Source: a bacterium (GTDB lineage: Bacteria; Patescibacteriota; Minisyncoccia; Minisyncoccales; CG1-02-41-26). From it: a DNA stretch of 64,000 nucleotides. The position numbers and the translations under genes were made by a program. Each line of letters begins with the position of its first letter. The first letter of the stretch is position 1. Of the stretch, positions 1 to 9,965 are shown piece by piece. The stretch lies in NCBI GenBank assembly GCA_043802745.1, contig JAZDKU010000015.1, forward strand, positions 1,358 to 65,357, written 5' to 3'. The notes below the pieces were generated by a model. That model was not told the origin of the DNA. It saw nothing but the letters and a program-made list of their open reading frames with translations, and made no database searches.

Positions 1-435
1 GCCAAATTTTAATAATGGCTTCAAGCCAATGCCATCCATTAAAACAACGCCTGGTCTTCTTATGGACATAGCTTGAAAAGGATGGGCCGCAATTGCTAGC
101 CCACCCTGTTCGTGAATTTGACGAATTGTTTCTTGGACGGTTTGATGCGACTCAATGGTTTTGTTTAAAAATAAGCCAACAATGTGGCCTTCTTGTGAAT
201 TTATTTCTTCACCCACGATTAAGTCAAACCGATAGCCCATTCCTTGCCAAGCTTTTTTTACTTTTAGGGCATTGTCAATGGAATCGTGATCGGTTAGGGC
301 CACAACATCTAAATCAGTTTTTTCCTCAATATAGCTTAAAAGTTCTTTTGGGTCTCTTTCAATTAAATGCACATGCAAATCAGCTTTGCCCAGCCCAGCC
401 ATCTCTTCAATTTTTTTTAAACTAATCTTTGCCAT
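1..435 (-). CDS. PHP-domain metal-dependent phosphoesterase (start codon in window, C-terminus cut by window edge)
   Basis: Reverse strand translates from ATG (rc of 433-435) as MAKISLKKIEEMAGLGKADLHVHLIERD...VVALTDHDSIDN...LAIAAHPF; DLHVH / HD motifs typical of PHP family; absent from ORF track only because no stop lies in the window. Confidence 0.6.
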   Translation of the reverse strand, partial: MAKISLKKIEEMAGLGKADLHVHLIERDPKELLSYIEEKTDLDVVALTDHDSIDNALKVKKAWQGMGYRFDLIVGEEINSQEGHIVGLFLNKTIESHQTVQETIRQIHEQGGLAIAAHPFQAMSIRRPGVVLMDGIGLKPLLKFG

Positions 436-455
436 AATATAATAATATTATAGCA

Positions 456-1049
456 TTATTTGCCTAAATCACCGACATAATAGCCAGCCAAAAGACTGCT
501 GGCGTATTGTGAGTGAGGCAAGCCAATAAAAGCTTGGGTAGCTTCCTTGCCACAATATGGCGTAATGGTATTTCTTCCTCCAGGATGAGTGCTTAAATAA
601 TTAGCAATAGAATAAACTTTATTATTAATAATAATCCAGCAATCCCCGGCTGTATTGTGTTTGGCTATTTGAATAGTTGTTAGTGTAAGGTCTGCGGTCG
701 AAGTGGCATTAATAGCTGGAGACGGAATTTGTGGGTTCGGTGCATAGTATAAAAAAATACATAAAACCAAGATGGCTGTCCAAATAATTCCAGTTATTAT
801 TTTAAAACTTCTTTTATTAAGCGAGTTGTGCCGTGACAACAAACTTATCGTGCCAGTTAAAGAATGCAAGTAAAACAAAGGAACAAATAAAATTGGCGTT
901 AGCACTAAGTGGATATAACGGCTGGTTGAATAATCAAGCCAAGGGGTTAAAGAAAATTTAACCATTAAAAATCCAGACAACAAAAAAACCAAAGTGGTTA
1001 TTGTTAAAAGCCAGGCTGTAGCCCTTAAAATTTTATAAAAATTAAACAT
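456..1049 (-). CDS. membrane protein with C-terminal cytochrome b5-like heme-binding domain
   Basis: N-terminal ~4 hydrophobic helices; C-terminal DCWIIINNKVYSIANYLSTHPGG matches cyt-b5 HPGG heme-binding signature. Confidence 0.55.
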   Translation of the reverse strand: MFNFYKILRATAWLLTITTLVFLLSGFLMVKFSLTPWLDYSTSRYIHLVLTPILFVPLFYLHSLTGTISLLSRHNSLNKRSFKIITGIIWTAILVLCIFLYYAPNPQIPSPAINATSTADLTLTTIQIAKHNTAGDCWIIINNKVYSIANYLSTHPGGRNTITPYCGKEATQAFIGLPHSQYASSLLAGYYVGDLGK

Positions 1050-1659
1050 CCTTTTCTAATTTCTTGGCAATTCTTTTGGTAATTTCACGATAAAGCAACA
1101 CAGCCAAAAGCGCAGCTCCTAAAAAAATTAGCAACACATAGCCCTTATTGTTAGCATATTGACTAATTGCTGTATAACTAGACCCGAAAAAATATCCTAA
1201 AAAAATAAAAAATAGTGTTTTCGGTATGCTAATCAAAGATGCCACTTTAATAAATCTCTTAAAAGGAAACTTGCTATTGCCAACAATGGCAAGGGCTAGG
1301 GGAGAGGCCACTGGCGATATTTTTATAGCTAAAAGGACTTTTTTGCTATGTTTTTCTAAAAGTTTTTTTAATTTCTCTATTCTTTCCTCTGATAGTCCAA
1401 AATAATGGCCATATTTATTAATCACAGCCAGCCGAGTAAGATATCCTGTAAAATACCAAACAAAATCGCCAACAAGGTCGGCAGCGAAAGCTAGGGAAAA
1501 AATAACAAAAACATTTAAATAGCCCAGAGAAGAAGCAAATGCCGAAGCAATAGTAATGAGCGGGCCCTCAACAACCATTATTAAAAATATTAAAAAATAG
1601 CCATGATGAATGGCCCATTGCAAAGCAAGTGGAAATGTTTGGGGTAAAGTAAAAAACAT
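1042..1659 (-). CDS. DedA/VTT (SNARE-associated) family membrane protein
   Basis: Polytopic membrane protein with VTT-domain-like core (LGYLNVFVIFSLAFAADLVGDFVWYFTGY). Confidence 0.6.
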   Translation of the reverse strand: MFFTLPQTFPLALQWAIHHGYFLIFLIMVVEGPLITIASAFASSLGYLNVFVIFSLAFAADLVGDFVWYFTGYLTRLAVINKYGHYFGLSEERIEKLKKLLEKHSKKVLLAIKISPVASPLALAIVGNSKFPFKRFIKVASLISIPKTLFFIFLGYFFGSSYTAISQYANNKGYVLLIFLGAALLAVLLYREITKRIAKKLEKDV

Positions 1660-1671
1660 ATTGTATTTGCC

Positions 1672-2604
1672 TTAACGTTGCCTATATCTCAAATTTTCAA
1701 CTTTACTCGCCACAGCCACTTTTAGCTTGTGGCTTTCTTTTTTAATTTGATAATCAGCAGAGTCAATTTTTTTGTGAACAAAAGCTATTCTTTCTTGAGC
1801 CTTAGCATAAACAGATGGAGAAGAAATAAAGACAAGCAAAACAACTGAAACAATTAAAAGCGGTTCCAAAATTATTTGGCTAACACGGCTTTCCTTTCTT
1901 ATGGGCTTTAATTTATTAAAATTATTTCTTTTTAAAAAAACTCTTGAAAAAGTGGCCGGGCCATAGCGAAGAATCCAAGAAATTAGCCCATATTTAAATC
2001 CTCGCCCTGATGTTTTAACTAAAAAATAAGAGTCTAATTTTACTGTGCCGAATTCTTTTATTCGTTGAGAAATATCATGTTCCTCGTTTATTTGCAGGCT
2101 AATATTAAAACCGCCAGTTTTTAAAAAACAAGTTTTTCTAACTGCAAAATTAGTTCCAGCTAAATTCCAGCCATTGCTTAGAAATTTATCCAAACAATTA
2201 AAGGCGCGAATAGAAGAAAGAAACCCCATTCTTATAAGAAAAGGCCCGGATGATAAATTATAAAGCCCACCAAAAGCGGCTAAGTTTTTATCTTCTTCAA
2301 ACTCTGTTGCTATGGTCGAAAGCCAATTTTCTGGCACAATAGTGTCAGCGTCAGTGTAAGCAATAATCTCACCTAAAGAAGCAACGGCTCCGGCTTGACG
2401 CGCCGAGCCAGTCCCTCTTTTTGGTTCAAAAACAACTTTTACTCCTGCTTGTTTGGCAATTTGGCTGGTTTTGTCAGTACTATTATTATCAACAACAATT
2501 ATTTCAAAATCGCCTTTAAAATCTTGCTTTTTAAGCGAAGTTAAACAAGCAGGCAAATAATCTTCCTCATTGTAAGCTGGCACAACAACTGAAATTTTCA
2601 TCAT
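1672..2604 (-). CDS. family 2 glycosyltransferase
   Basis: ISVVVPAYNEEDYL...DADTIV motifs (GT-A fold, DXD); C-terminal TM helix. Confidence 0.75.
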   Translation of the reverse strand: MMKISVVVPAYNEEDYLPACLTSLKKQDFKGDFEIIVVDNNSTDKTSQIAKQAGVKVVFEPKRGTGSARQAGAVASLGEIIAYTDADTIVPENWLSTIATEFEEDKNLAAFGGLYNLSSGPFLIRMGFLSSIRAFNCLDKFLSNGWNLAGTNFAVRKTCFLKTGGFNISLQINEEHDISQRIKEFGTVKLDSYFLVKTSGRGFKYGLISWILRYGPATFSRVFLKRNNFNKLKPIRKESRVSQIILEPLLIVSVVLLVFISSPSVYAKAQERIAFVHKKIDSADYQIKKESHKLKVAVASKVENLRYRQR

Positions 2605-2610
2605 CCTGTA

Positions 2611-3690
2611 TTATACCTTATTTTCTGGCATTTTGATAATGTCATTGGGCCAGCCGTATTCAGTCGGGTCAAAACCTTGCCCACAAATCGTATCAATAAG
2701 AGCTACTGACACTTGATAAGGGTCAAAATTTGCAGCAGGTCGCCTATCTTCTAAATAGCCTTTGCCTTTGTTATTTGTTTCCATGGGAATACGGATAGAA
2801 GCGCCTCGGTCAGACACGCCATAGCGAAATTCGTAAATACTGCAAGTTTCATGCTTGCCAGTTAAGCGCTTGTCATTATCAGCGCCATAAACCTGAATAT
2901 GCTGATTATGAAATTTTTTTAATTTTTCACAAGCCTCTAAAATAATTTTAATGCCTCCCTCCTCACGCATAGCTTTGGTAGAAAAATTAGTGTGCCCGCC
3001 TGTGCCATTCCAGTCTCCGGCCATAGGTTTTGGGTCAAGCTTGGCATACATTTCAAAATCCTCCCCATGCCTATATAAAATCCAGCGAGCTAGCCATAAT
3101 TGGTCAGAAGATTCAAGTGGATTTAATGGGCCCACTTGAAACTCCCACTGAGCTGGCATAACTTCAGCGTTAATACCGCAAATAGCCAGGCCAGCTTTTA
3201 AGCAATCTTTCAAATGGGCTTCCACTAATTTTCGGCCATAAACCTCATCACAACCAACCCCGCAATAATAACGGCCCTGGGGGTGAGGAAACCCCTGGGA
3301 AGGCCAGCCAACTGGCCAGTCTTTGCGATAAAGCGTATACTCTTGCTCAAAGCCAAAAATTGGCTCTTGCACTTTATGCTTTTCATAAAGCTCAACCAAT
3401 TTTGAGCGGGTATTGGTTTTATGAGGCGTGCCATCAGGATTTAAAACCTCGCACATTACCAAAATATTATTTTCACCCCGAATTGGGTCAGGTATATAAT
3501 AAACTGGCTTTAAGATGCAATCGCTAAAGTGGCCTTGGGCCTGCTCGGTTGAAGAACCATCAAACCCCCACAAAGGCAAGTCAGCTAAAGATAAAACCGG
3601 ACCGTCAACAATTTTTGTTTTTGAACGAAGTTTGGCGGTTGGCTTTTTACCGTCCATCCAAATGTACTCAGCCATTATTTTGTTTGTCAT
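2611..3690 (-). CDS. glnII: glutamine synthetase, type II (eukaryote-like GSII)
   Basis: N-terminus MAEYIWMDGKKP... (classic GSII AEYIWIDG start), 359 aa, catalytic region conserved. Confidence 0.75.
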   Translation of the reverse strand: MTNKIMAEYIWMDGKKPTAKLRSKTKIVDGPVLSLADLPLWGFDGSSTEQAQGHFSDCILKPVYYIPDPIRGENNILVMCEVLNPDGTPHKTNTRSKLVELYEKHKVQEPIFGFEQEYTLYRKDWPVGWPSQGFPHPQGRYYCGVGCDEVYGRKLVEAHLKDCLKAGLAICGINAEVMPAQWEFQVGPLNPLESSDQLWLARWILYRHGEDFEMYAKLDPKPMAGDWNGTGGHTNFSTKAMREEGGIKIILEACEKLKKFHNQHIQVYGADNDKRLTGKHETCSIYEFRYGVSDRGASIRIPMETNNKGKGYLEDRRPAANFDPYQVSVALIDTICGQGFDPTEYGWPNDIIKMPENKV

Positions 3691-6227
3691 AAAGATAATT
3701 TTAGTTTATTTTTAAATAATTTCAACGCTTCAAACCAAATTAAACTTGCGAATACAGCTAAAATCACAAAAAGATAATCTTTTAAATGTAAGTAAGTTAA
3801 ATGGAAAATATTAGAAAGAAATGGGATATATAACACAGATAACATAGCAAGAAAAGTGCCACCCAAAACAACATACAAAGTTTTGTTTTTAGATGAAATA
3901 ATCTGGATAATATTTTTATTCCACGATAGATTTACAACAATAAGCATTATGTTTGACAGCACCAAAGATACAAACGCCAAAGAGCGAGCCTCAACTTCGG
4001 GCCTACCCGACTTAACAGCAAAGAAAAATACTAAAAACACAGCAACCAATATTCCCAACCCCTGTGCTATGCTTATAAGCACAGTTTTGCGATTAAATAT
4101 GGGCTGATGAATGCCCCTTGGTGGCCTGCTCATAATTTTTTTATCTTCTTTTTCTGCTTCAAAAACAGTTGAACAAGCAGGATCAATAATCAATTCCAAA
4201 AAGGCTACATGAATGGGCATTAAAACCACTGGAAAACCAAAAGCCAGCGGAAGTAGAGACATCCCAGCGATTGGCACATGAACAGCCAAGATATATCCCA
4301 TGGCTCTTTTTAAATTATCATATATTCTTCTGCCCAAACGCACTGCCACAACAATTGAAGAAAAATTATCATCCAGCAAAACCAATGAAGAAGCCTCTCT
4401 GGCCACATCTGTGCCCCGCTCGCCCATAGCAATTCCTATATGAGCGGCTTTTAGGGCAGGGGCGTCATTAACCCCATCGCCTGTCATAGCCACAACCTCG
4501 CCATTAGCCTTTAGCGCATTAACGATTAATAATTTTTGTTCTGGCGCCACTCTAGCAAATATATTATTTGTTTTTATTTTTTCTTTTAATTCATCGCCAC
4601 TCATTTTTTCTAATTCATCGCCACTTATATAATTGTCTGTATCTTTTATGCCTATTTCTTTAGCAATAAACTGGGCTGTTCCAGAATAATCCCCAGTTAT
4701 AACAATCACCCTCATTCCAGCGTTATATGCCTCTTTTACCGAAGCAAAAGCATCCGCTCTTGGGGGATCAATAAACCCAAAGAGCCCGGCAAACTCAAAA
4801 TTTAAATCGTGCTGATTTTTTGGTGGCTCGCCAGCTGAAAAATTTGCCCTAGCTCCCGCTAATATTCGCAAGCCATTTTGAGACATTTCTTTAACTATTT
4901 TTAAAGTTTCTGATTTTTCTTTTTCGCTTGCATGGCACAATTTTAAAATTGCTTCTGGAGCACCTTTCGAAGCAATAACAAAATTATTTTCTGATAGTTG
5001 CCAAACTTGGGAAAAAGCTAGCAAGTCCTTTGATAAAGGATACTCTTTTATTAATTTCCAGCCACTAATCGAGCACTGGCTGTCTTTTAAATGCAGGCCT
5101 TCTGCTCTGTGAAGCTCTTTTTCAATTGGGTCAAAGGGATCTTTTTGGCTTGCTAAAAAACCTACTTCTAAAAGATTGCTGAATTCCTCTGATAATTTGC
5201 TATTTTGAGCAAGCTCATCCACATCTAAAAAAGAACCTTGCGCGTGCAAACTAACAAGTTGCATTTTATTTAGCGTTAAAGTTCCAGTTTTGTCAGCGCA
5301 AAGAACAGTGGCGGCTCCCAAAGTTTCAATAACTGCCGAGCGCCTGGCTAAAACTTTTCTTTTGGAAATACGCCATGCCCCTAAAGTTAAAAATATCAAA
5401 AGCACCAGTGGAAATTCCTCAGGCAAAACTGCCATACCAAGCGTTAAGCCTGCTAAAAATCCCTGGACGATACTCCCCCTTGATAGAATATAAATTAACA
5501 CCACTAAAAGACAAAGAAAAAGAACTATTATGGCCACATAGCGCACTATTCTGGCCGTTTCTTTATGTAAAAGCGTGTCTTCATCTTTTATTGTTTCTAT
5601 GCTTTTACCAATTTTTCCCATTTCTGTATTTATTCCAACTGAAAAGACTTTAACGACCCCTCGGCCACTCACCACCAGCGAGCCAGAGTACACAAACGGC
5701 AAATCATCTCCCCCTGGCCTTTGGTGTTCAAGTTTTCCGTCCCATGGTATTTTTCTTACTGGCATTGACTCCCCGGTAAGAAGCGACTCATCTATTAAAA
5801 GATTTTCGCAAGACAAAACAACTGCGTCTGCTGGAACTCTATCGCCTTCACGAATAATAACAATGTCATTCCTAACCACCTCTCGCCCGGGAACCCTTAT
5901 TTGCTGGCCATCTCTTATTACCAATGCTCGGGGGCTTGATAAATGCTTTAAGGCATCAAGCGTTTTTTCAGTTTTTCGGCTTTGATAAAAAGTAATGCCA
6001 ATAATGACAAACACGCAAAATAAAAGCACCAGAGCATCTCTTGGCTCGCCCATAAAAAGATACACTGCTCCACAGCCAACCAATAATAAAAGCATGGGCT
6101 CTGAAAGAACCCTAACCAGCATAAAAAACCAGCTCTGTTTTTTTTGCGATGGCAACTCGTTGTAACCATCTAATAGCAGAGCTTTTTTTGCCTCCTCCCC
6201 CGAGAGACCTGCGATTTGCTTATCCAT
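3687..6227 (-). CDS. P-type cation-transporting ATPase (Ca2+/Mg2+ type II-like)
   Basis: DKTGTLT phosphorylation motif, TGDGVNDAPAL hinge motif, ~10 TM segments, 846 aa. Confidence 0.9.
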   Translation of the reverse strand: MDKQIAGLSGEEAKKALLLDGYNELPSQKKQSWFFMLVRVLSEPMLLLLVGCGAVYLFMGEPRDALVLLFCVFVIIGITFYQSRKTEKTLDALKHLSSPRALVIRDGQQIRVPGREVVRNDIVIIREGDRVPADAVVLSCENLLIDESLLTGESMPVRKIPWDGKLEHQRPGGDDLPFVYSGSLVVSGRGVVKVFSVGINTEMGKIGKSIETIKDEDTLLHKETARIVRYVAIIVLFLCLLVVLIYILSRGSIVQGFLAGLTLGMAVLPEEFPLVLLIFLTLGAWRISKRKVLARRSAVIETLGAATVLCADKTGTLTLNKMQLVSLHAQGSFLDVDELAQNSKLSEEFSNLLEVGFLASQKDPFDPIEKELHRAEGLHLKDSQCSISGWKLIKEYPLSKDLLAFSQVWQLSENNFVIASKGAPEAILKLCHASEKEKSETLKIVKEMSQNGLRILAGARANFSAGEPPKNQHDLNFEFAGLFGFIDPPRADAFASVKEAYNAGMRVIVITGDYSGTAQFIAKEIGIKDTDNYISGDELEKMSGDELKEKIKTNNIFARVAPEQKLLIVNALKANGEVVAMTGDGVNDAPALKAAHIGIAMGERGTDVAREASSLVLLDDNFSSIVVAVRLGRRIYDNLKRAMGYILAVHVPIAGMSLLPLAFGFPVVLMPIHVAFLELIIDPACSTVFEAEKEDKKIMSRPPRGIHQPIFNRKTVLISIAQGLGILVAVFLVFFFAVKSGRPEVEARSLAFVSLVLSNIMLIVVNLSWNKNIIQIISSKNKTLYVVLGGTFLAMLSVLYIPFLSNIFHLTYLHLKDYLFVILAVFASLIWFEALKLFKNKLKLSL

Positions 6228-6666
6228 AAACCTTATCCTTTAAGTAATTGTCTAAAATTTCAGCGCTTGGAAAAAACAATTTTTCTGGCAAGCTGGTTAG
6301 CTCAAACCATTGCCATTCTGTTATTTCATCTGGCTCCATTACTTTTGCCTCGCCTTGAAAATCTTGGCATAAAAATCCAAGGGTGACAAAATGGGCGTCT
6401 TCCACTCTATCGTTGGCAATACTGATAAATTTTAATGTGTCTTGATTTATAATAATGCTGGTTTCTTCTTCGGTTTCTCTAGCCACAGATTGCTCAAAAC
6501 TTTCTCCAAAATGCATTTTGCCTCCAGGCATTGTCCATGTGCCTTCCCCGTGCAATTCCGAGTCTGCTTTAGCGGCATCCTCGTGCCTCTTGCCCAAAAG
6601 CACTTTATTATTTTTTAAAATAAACACCCCGAACCCCACCCCCACTTTTTTATTTTGTTGCTCCAT
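6220..6666 (-). CDS. NUDIX hydrolase
   Basis: Nudix box GGKMHFGESFEQSVARETEEETS. Confidence 0.8.
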   Translation of the reverse strand: MEQQNKKVGVGFGVFILKNNKVLLGKRHEDAAKADSELHGEGTWTMPGGKMHFGESFEQSVARETEEETSIIINQDTLKFISIANDRVEDAHFVTLGFLCQDFQGEAKVMEPDEITEWQWFELTSLPEKLFFPSAEILDNYLKDKVYG

Positions 6667-6670
6667 ATGT

Positions 6671-7084
6671 TTAAAATAATTTAAAAGAATTATTATTTAA
6701 AATTTCTCTAAAATAAGAACATAAATCTTCCATGCCCCCTAACTCATCTATTGAAAGCCACTTAAATTCTGTGTTCTCGTTTTTATCTAGTTCAACTTGA
6801 CCATCAATTGTCCCAGCATACGTTAAACGCACTATATGCTTACCCGAAACCCTAAAAATATCCTGCGCTCCAATTAATTTTGGGATTTCTATTAAGTCAA
6901 GCTGGGTTTCCTCTTTTACCTCCCTTTTTAAGTTTTCAAATAAGCTTGTGCCTGGCTCAATGCGACCACCCACAATGTCCCAAACACCCGAAGCATTTGG
7001 ATACTTTTCCTTGGAGCGCTTTACTGCTAAATATTTCCCGTCTTTATTCTTTAATAAAATTTTAACGCCTACTTGTAATTCCAT
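6671..7084 (-). CDS. NUDIX hydrolase
   Basis: Nudix box GGRIEPGTSLFENLKREVKEETQL. Confidence 0.8.
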   Translation of the reverse strand: MELQVGVKILLKNKDGKYLAVKRSKEKYPNASGVWDIVGGRIEPGTSLFENLKREVKEETQLDLIEIPKLIGAQDIFRVSGKHIVRLTYAGTIDGQVELDKNENTEFKWLSIDELGGMEDLCSYFREILNNNSFKLF

Positions 7085-7088
7085 AATT

Positions 7089-7865
7089 TTATTTTACACA
7101 ATGAAATATTAAGCCAACTGGGTAGTCTAATTTTTCAGAAAATCTTGGCGCAGCTTTTAACAAAGCCTTTGTTATTTCTGGCTCAAGGACTTTTTTCACC
7201 ACAAAACCGCTTACGGTTAGCTGGTTAAAATAATCTGAAAAAGTTTTTTGAAAATGATCCACCTCAAAGGTTTTTTTATATTTTTCAGCCAACTCTGGCC
7301 TAGCTTTGTTATCAACGCCCATAACATATTTTACATGGCCTCGATAAAAATAATTTTTTAATCCTTTAAATTTTTTTGGCTCAACTCCTATCTGCTCTTG
7401 GGCAAAAGCAAACAAATTCCAAGATGGATGCACTATAGCAAAAGTGAAAATGCCTTTCTTTTTTAAAACTCGAAATGCTTCTTGGATTGGTGTTCTAATA
7501 TTCGCAACTTCATTTAGCATCATTACAGAATAAATAATATCAATAGAATTAGAATTTACCCTCCACTTTCTTGTTGCGTTTTGTTCTAAAAAAGTTATTC
7601 TTTTGTCAGAGCATTTCTCTTTAGCATAATTCAAATTATACTCCGATATGTCCATTAAAATAACTTTTTTAGGCTTTTGGTTAAGAAATTTTTTAGCCAA
7701 ATAGCCATTGCCACAGCCAAGCTCCAAAACAACCTTATTTTCTAAGCTTCCGATAAGCTTAAACATAGCTGGGTCCAAAGCAAACCTTTTATAAACCTCG
7801 CCCGAGTCCCCAGCCCTATCATTCCAATATTCTGCAAACTCCTTATTTTGATAAATCGATTTCAT
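7089..7865 (-). CDS. class I SAM-dependent methyltransferase
   Basis: Motif I VLELGCGNGYLAKKF. Confidence 0.75.
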   Translation of the reverse strand: MKSIYQNKEFAEYWNDRAGDSGEVYKRFALDPAMFKLIGSLENKVVLELGCGNGYLAKKFLNQKPKKVILMDISEYNLNYAKEKCSDKRITFLEQNATRKWRVNSNSIDIIYSVMMLNEVANIRTPIQEAFRVLKKKGIFTFAIVHPSWNLFAFAQEQIGVEPKKFKGLKNYFYRGHVKYVMGVDNKARPELAEKYKKTFEVDHFQKTFSDYFNQLTVSGFVVKKVLEPEITKALLKAAPRFSEKLDYPVGLIFHCVK

Positions 7866-7868
7866 ATT

Positions 7869-8726
7869 TTATAACTGAAAATAATTAAAAATGTCTAATA
7901 TGCCGTTTTCGTCAATATCGCGACCAATACAAGATTTTTCTTTGCCCTTAGTTAAAACTTTATTTTTTAATGCCAAAGAAGCATTGCCCATTGCCCCGCC
8001 ATAACCGCACAACTCGATAAACCCCCAGTCCAGAGGGCTGTCTCCACAACCCAAAATATTCTCCAGGTTAATTCCCAGACCGTCGCTAATATCCAAAGCC
8101 CCCTGTTTTTTATCAACTCCCTTGGCTGTTATTATAGCAAATTGCCAAGGCAAGGCTGAGGGGTGAATCGACCACTGCAAGCTTATAGAAAACATGAAAG
8201 GAAGTAAAACTTTCTCTACCTTGGCCTTGGCTCCTTCATTGGGAACAATAGGCATAATTTTGGTAATTTCGGAGGAGAAAACTTCTTCGGCTAAAGAAAC
8301 GACTATCCGAGGCTCTCTTTTCAAAACTTCTAAATGTTTTGAAAAGATATTCTGGTCCAAGCGATCTTTCTGAACTAAATATGTTTCGCCATCGTAAAAT
8401 TCTGTATAAATATGTTGTTCTAAAAGAGCTTGAATAACTTGAATGGCTATCTGGGTATCAATTAAATACTTGCGAAAAACATACTTACTTTTAGGATTAA
8501 AAATAAAAGCGCCCCCTTCGCTAATATGAATATTGTCTAAATTTGCTTCGTTAATGATTTTTTCTATAGCAAAATATGGCTTGGCTGTGCACAAGCTAAT
8601 TGGCGTGCCATTATTCCTAATCCTCCTTAAGGCCATTATTACCTCTGGATGCGGATCTGGAAAGTTAAAACCCTCCTTAGCCCCCACCAAAACCCCGTCA
8701 ACATCTAAAATTAAAGCTTTTATCAT
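7869..8726 (-). CDS. HAD-IIB (Cof-type) hydrolase/phosphatase
   Basis: N-terminal LILDVDGVLV HAD motif I, Cof-like cap region, C-terminal GDSPLD motif IV-like. Confidence 0.7.
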   Translation of the reverse strand: MIKALILDVDGVLVGAKEGFNFPDPHPEVIMALRRIRNNGTPISLCTAKPYFAIEKIINEANLDNIHISEGGAFIFNPKSKYVFRKYLIDTQIAIQVIQALLEQHIYTEFYDGETYLVQKDRLDQNIFSKHLEVLKREPRIVVSLAEEVFSSEITKIMPIVPNEGAKAKVEKVLLPFMFSISLQWSIHPSALPWQFAIITAKGVDKKQGALDISDGLGINLENILGCGDSPLDWGFIELCGYGGAMGNASLALKNKVLTKGKEKSCIGRDIDENGILDIFNYFQL

Positions 8727-8754
8727 AAATAAGATTAAATATTTGTGAGCCTAT

Positions 8755-9201
8755 CTATTTACTAACAACAATGCAAGAGTTGTTTTTAAATTTATTTATT
8801 TCAGCACAAGCTTCAGCGCTATTATCATAATGCAAATCAATATTATTCTTTTTTATTTCTCTTACTTTATATTCACCTTCTTTCTGCCAAAACTTCTTCC
8901 TAAAAATAACTTCGTCGTAATAATCAATATTATTTCTCTTTAAAAAATAATAGATTATCTTAGCACACCTTTGGTTAGTATAGGTTAAAATAATAATTTT
9001 ATTTCCCTCTATCCTTGACCGCTTCATTAGCTCTATTACCTTCTCATTTCTCTTACAAAAAAACGTATAAGTAAAAATGAACGTTTTAAAATTACTTAGA
9101 AAACAGAAAATGATGTAAAAAAACTTTTTTTTAATCATCTTTCCACCGGTCTTAAAAACAATAATAGTATCGTGCAAATCAAAGCTAATTATTTTGGCCA
9201 T
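8755..9201 (-). CDS. hypothetical protein (weak HAD-like N-terminus)
   Basis: ORF only; FDLHDTII at N-terminus, extremely AT-rich codon usage. Confidence 0.3.
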   Translation of the reverse strand: MAKIISFDLHDTIIVFKTGGKMIKKKFFYIIFCFLSNFKTFIFTYTFFCKRNEKVIELMKRSRIEGNKIIILTYTNQRCAKIIYYFLKRNNIDYYDEVIFRKKFWQKEGEYKVREIKKNNIDLHYDNSAEACAEINKFKNNSCIVVSK

Positions 9202-9216
9202 AAAATTATTAACGCT

Positions 9217-9534
9217 TTAAGCTAGCTCTAAAATAACTACGGAAATTATGCCAACAACAATGCCCGCTATCTGCATGGGGGATAAAGTTTCTTTGAAATA
9301 AAGCCAACTGGCAAAAGAAAGAAAAATTACATTAAAAATAACAATAATCACCGAGGCCACCACAATATTTTTAAATTTAAAGCTCTGGGCTAAAAAAGTT
9401 AGCCCGACCAAATAAGTAGCAAGCCCAATAAAATAAAAAAGATAGCCGTTGGTGCTTACCCATTTTTTCATCAAAATATCCCCAATGGTTAAAATAAGCC
9501 CGCCAATTAGTAAAAGCACAATTGCAATGCTCAT
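9217..9534 (-). CDS. small 4-TM membrane protein (SMR/EamA-like DMT superfamily)
   Basis: 105 aa, four hydrophobic helices, topology typical of small multidrug-resistance-like transporters. Confidence 0.45.
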   Translation of the reverse strand: MSIAIVLLLIGGLILTIGDILMKKWVSTNGYLFYFIGLATYLVGLTFLAQSFKFKNIVVASVIIVIFNVIFLSFASWLYFKETLSPMQIAGIVVGIISVVILELA

Positions 9535-9557
9535 ATGTTTTTAAAAATTTATCTTTG

Positions 9558-9965
9558 TCATTCTTTGATAAAGGGAGAAAAATCTAGTTGGTATTCGGGT
9601 ATGCCAAGCGAAAGCCCGTAGCTTTTTGCTTGGTTGTACTGCTCTTTGCTTGCTCTGTCTATATAAAAAACTTTATCACGAAAAACGATGTAGTGGTGAG
9701 TGTCGTTTTTAAAATCCGCATACCACGAACCCTCGTGGCTATAATCAAGCGATTTGCTAATTTTTTCAGCAACTTCTTTTGCTTTGTCCTCTGAAATTTC
9801 CACCTTATGGAGCGTCCACTGCAAAAGCCAAGGAGTTTTATGTTTCTCCACAACCTGCTCAACCTTAGTGCTTAAAATTTTTACATCCAAAAGCACGCTT
9901 TTATCCTCCAAACTTTCCTCAATAATTGTCCCTTGGTAGTTCATAGGTTTTTTAAAATTTTTCAA
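9558..9965 (-). CDS. hypothetical protein
   Basis: 135-aa ORF, no recognisable motif. Confidence 0.35.
   Translation of the reverse strand: MKNFKKPMNYQGTIIEESLEDKSVLLDVKILSTKVEQVVEKHKTPWLLQWTLHKVEISEDKAKEVAEKISKSLDYSHEGSWYADFKNDTHHYIVFRDKVFYIDRASKEQYNQAKSYGLSLGIPEYQLDFSPFIKE

Noticed and set aside
93-425. 110-aa plus-strand ORF in ORF track
   Set aside because: Antisense to a much better minus-strand PHP-domain coding sequence (1-435) with clear HD/DLHVH motifs; low-complexity translation
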